DNA of 64,000 bases from Leucoraja erinacea (Eukaryota), in the NCBI RefSeq assembly GCF_028641065.1, contig NC_073401.1, positions 24,366,001 to 24,430,000 on the forward strand. Direction: 5' to 3'. A program made the translations under genes and the position numbers. Shown here piece by piece: positions 60,387 to 64,000 of this stretch; position 1 is the stretch's first letter, and each line of letters starts with the position of its first letter. Under the pieces are notes generated by a model. It did not search any database. It was given only the letters and a program-made list of their open reading frames with translations, and had not been told where the DNA came from.

Positions 60387-63344
60387 TAAGTTGGCTTCGG
60401 TAAAGATTATAAATTGTCCCTATTGTGTAGGATGGTGCTAGTGTAATGCGAATCACTGGTCGTCTTGCAGCAACCAGCTTGTCTTGTTAAAGCTAAACTT
60501 TTCCACTCACTACTACATGTGTTCCGTAAGGATTGACGTGAAAGCAAAAAAAACTTTTTCCCTATGTCTCTGGATACATGGCAACCACAAACTAGCAAAC
60601 AGGAGGGAAAGCTAACAAAGACACCACCAAACACAGAGAGAGAGAGGGAGAGAGGGGGACACANNNNNNNNNNNNNNNNNNNNNNNNNNNNNNNNNNNNN
60701 NNNNNNNNNNNNNNNNNNNNNNNNNNNNNNNNNNNNNNNNNNNNNNNNNNNNNNNNNNNNNNNNNNNNNNNNNNNNNNNNNNNNNNNNNNNNNNNNNNNN
60801 NNNNNNNNNNCAAGCTGGAGAACATCACAGACAGGCTGGATGATTATTGGGGTGGGGGGAGGGGGGGTGGTCAATCAGTTCGGGCACTGACATCTTGCCG
60901 TTGTTGAGGGACCAGTGAGTTCATTCTTGTCCCGGGCTCTATGTTGACCTGTTGTGTGACACGGTGGCACACAGTAGTGAAGTTGCTGCCTCACAGCGCC
61001 AGGGTCCCAGGTTCGATCCTGAATACGGGCGCTGTCTGTACGGAGTTGGTACGTTCTCCCCGTGACCTGTGCGTGTTTTCTCTGGGATCTCCGGTTTCCT
61101 CCCACACTCCAAATTGGCTTGGTATAATTGTAAATTGCGAGTGCGTGTAGGATAGCGTTAGTGTGCGGGGATCGCTGATAGGTGCGGACTCGGTGGGCCG
61201 AAGGGCCTGCTTCCACGCTGTATCTCTAAACTAAACTGCCCCTGTGTATCTCCTGGACGATGGGTTAAAACAAACCTGCGTCCAAGACCCCCAACAATTA
61301 ATTGCCTGCACATCAACACACCATCTTCACTTTGATCACAACCCCTGCCCTCGATTAATGGATGTAGCACGACCAGTCAGATCTTACTTTGGAAAAGCTT
61401 CACGCCAGAAAATTCCTCCTGCATGAATAATTCTGCAATCATTTACAACGTGAAAGGGCGAGATTGTTCCTCTGAGAAAGTATTTACATAGCTGTTTGTC
61501 CTCCTCGCCCACCAAGGACTGATTTATTCTTCACAGATTTCTCAGCAGAGTAAAAGCACACACATCCACTCTACTCAAGAGGTCAGCGACAGAAAGCAGG
61601 GTTTTGTTAGCCCGAACTACGCTTTGGATTCTGATGCCTGAGAACTGGGCTCTCTCTCTCTCTCTCACTCAGACTCACTCAGACTTAAAGAGGGGGGGTT
61701 CAAATCAAAAAGGAAAACGTTCCACTTTAACTCCCATCTTGCAAGTGCTCTGCCCACCACCAGTATGTCATAGCTCAGAGAAGCATGCAAAACTGGGGCA
61801 TCCATTTTAGCTGGGTGAACCTGCTAACTAATTTTAGTTACAGTACTGCAACAGGCCCTTCGGCCCACAGTGCCCATGCTGAACACAAAGCCAGGTTAAA
61901 CTAATCTCCTCGCCCTTTCCGTGACCCGTATCTCTTGCATCCCCTGCCTGTCCGCCTCTACATCCAAAAGACTCTTCAACAAAGGTCACGGATGAACCAT
62001 CAGTTCCCGGTAGTAAAAACAGCTCCGCTCCCAGTATCTGTTCCACTTTGCCAACTCCCGCACCCTTGCTCAGCCTTTGCTTGCTTTAACATGTGGACAG
62101 ATGAACAGGCGCCAAATATAGATTTCTATCAATACTTTCTGTCAAGGATAGACCCACAAAATGCTGGAGTAACTCAGCAGGTCTGGCAGCATTTCGGGAG
62201 AAAGGAAATAGGTGACGTTTCAGGTTGCAACCCTTCCTCAGACACAGGGTCTTGACCTCAAACGTCACCTATTCCTTGCCTCAAAAGATGCTGCCTGACC
62301 CGCTGAGTTACTCCAGCATTTTGTGTCTATCTTCGGTTTAAATCAGCATCTGCAGTCGCTTCCTACAGATACTTCTACCAATCTATTGCTTACTATGTCA
62401 GCGTTTAAGAAACATTTGGAAAAGTACATGTATGGCACGTTTTTAGAGAGTTATGGGCCAAACACAGGTGAGTGGGACTAGTGTAGATAGGACATGTTGG
62501 TCTCTAGAGGTGCTGCCTGACCTGCTGAGTTACTCCAGCAGTTTGTCCCATCTCCAGTTCTATGGTATCTTGCTTTCTCATCCACTCCCTAGACACTGGG
62601 AGCAATTTACAGAGGCCAATTAACCCACAAACCCACACGTCATAGGGAGAATATGCAAACTCCACACAGACAGCAGACGAGGTCAGGATCAAACCCAAGT
62701 TCTCTGGCGCGTGTACTCAGTCCTGTCACAATATAAGCTACCGAATAGTGAAAAGCCTGGATAGAGGGATGTGGAGAGATGTGGGAGAGCCTAAGACTAG
62801 AGGCCATTGCCTCAGAATAAGACGTACCTTTAGAAAGGCGATGAGGAGGAATTTCTTTAGTCAGAGGGTGATGAATCTGTGGAAAATCCATTGCCACAGA
62901 CAGCTGTGGAGGGCGTGTCAATGGACATTTTTAAGGTGGAGAATGATAGATTCTTCATCAGTACTGGTGTCAGGGGTTATGGGGAGAAGGCAGGAGGATG
63001 GGGTTGAGAGGGAGAGATAGATCAGCCATGATTGAATGGTGGAGTGGACTTGATGGGCCGGATGGCCTAATTCTGCTCCGACAACTTAGGGATTTATGGA
63101 CTTATGAAATAGCGGCACAGCCTCGGGGAACCATCATATCCCTTTTACATACACCCCGCACCTGCAGTCAGGGGGACACTGTTTTACCCAGTGACAGGGG
63201 GGGGATCGATCATCGCGATGGGTCGGTGGGGGGTGGAGGGGAGAATCCAGTTTTGGCCAGAAACAAAAGGAAGCAATGGAGAATCAGGCAGCAGCAGCAA
63301 TAATCTTATGAAGATGGGCAGGCAAGGAGCTGAACAGAAGCAGC

Positions 63345-63735
63345 CACATTAAAAGACGTGGCTCGCTGGCTTTGTCCTCTCACCCCACTGGCAGGAACCT
63401 ACGTCCCACGGTACAATGCAGGCAGGCCTGCCTTCATTCATTACCGTGCAGCCTAATGCGCCCTTTTCTAAATGTCAGCTCCAATTTTCTAACCTAAAGG
63501 ACAATGATAAAAGGGAGGGGGGGGGGGGGGGGGGGTCGGGAAAGGAAAAAAAATTACAGCTGCATTATTAAACTCCGCATCAGTCAGTCAACCTTACAGG
63601 GGGTCAAAGAGCATGACCTCTGGCCCCCGGTCGCCGTGGCAACCGGCGGGGCTCCATTAAGGACAAAGAGGGAGATGGGGCCTCTTCTTCACGGCTGGTC
63701 ATCCGCTAACATAATGGGGCAACATTTTATTTTAT
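63345..63735. promoter_or_regulatory. Candidate MSI1 intron-6 neural enhancer with RFX X-box (63630-63643)
   Basis: Repeat-free block with GTCGCC-GT-GGCAAC, SOX-type ACAATG sites, TAAT cores, RGGTCA half-sites. Confidence 0.5.
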
Positions 63736-64000
63736 TTTCTCTCTCCCTCTCTCTGTCTCCCTCTCCCTCCCTCTCTCTTCCGCCCCTGAATCAGGGTGTT
63801 GTCGGTTCAGGCTGCAACATGGCCGCTGGGAGACGGCTCTCTCACTGCTCACCCTTTCCTGCCCCACTCTGCAGCAAAGGCAAGGCCCAGCCCGCCCGGC
63901 CTGAAGCAAAGCAGCGGAAGGCAAACCTCACACCACGGCTGAGCCCACCCACCCCCCATGTTCTACAAGCACAGCGGCGCAGCGGGTAGAGCTGCTGCCT

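Overview
Eukaryotic (vertebrate) genomic DNA. The SINE/CR1/Penelope-derived repeat landscape suggests a cartilaginous fish, probably a skate or ray (inference). Two gene systems are present. (1) At 6.4-27.4 kb is a cluster of four group IB secreted phospholipase A2 (PLA2G1B-like) genes: copy A (+, 6397-7741), copy B (-, 13390-14578, truncated by an internal deletion), copy C (+, 16099-18427) and copy D (-, 24089-27444, canonical pancreatic type and probable PLA2G1B orthologue). A and C lie in a ~6-7.6 kb direct segmental duplication, with B as an inverted copy between them. (2) At 35.3-64 kb is the 3' half of Musashi-1 (MSI1, - strand; exons 7-10 and 12-15 by human numbering), reproducing the mammalian MSI1-PLA2G1B neighbourhood. 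The most striking signal is in PLA2 copies A/B/C: promoters, introns and UTRs are nearly identical, but the mature-protein exons differ heavily and almost only non-synonymously. This is the accelerated-evolution pattern known from snake-venom PLA2 genes. It yields a strongly cationic enzyme (A), an enzyme with an extra unpaired cysteine (C) and a shortened pancreatic loop. The rest is LINE/SINE/MITE debris, simple repeats and five assembly gaps. All coordinates and counts were made by eye.
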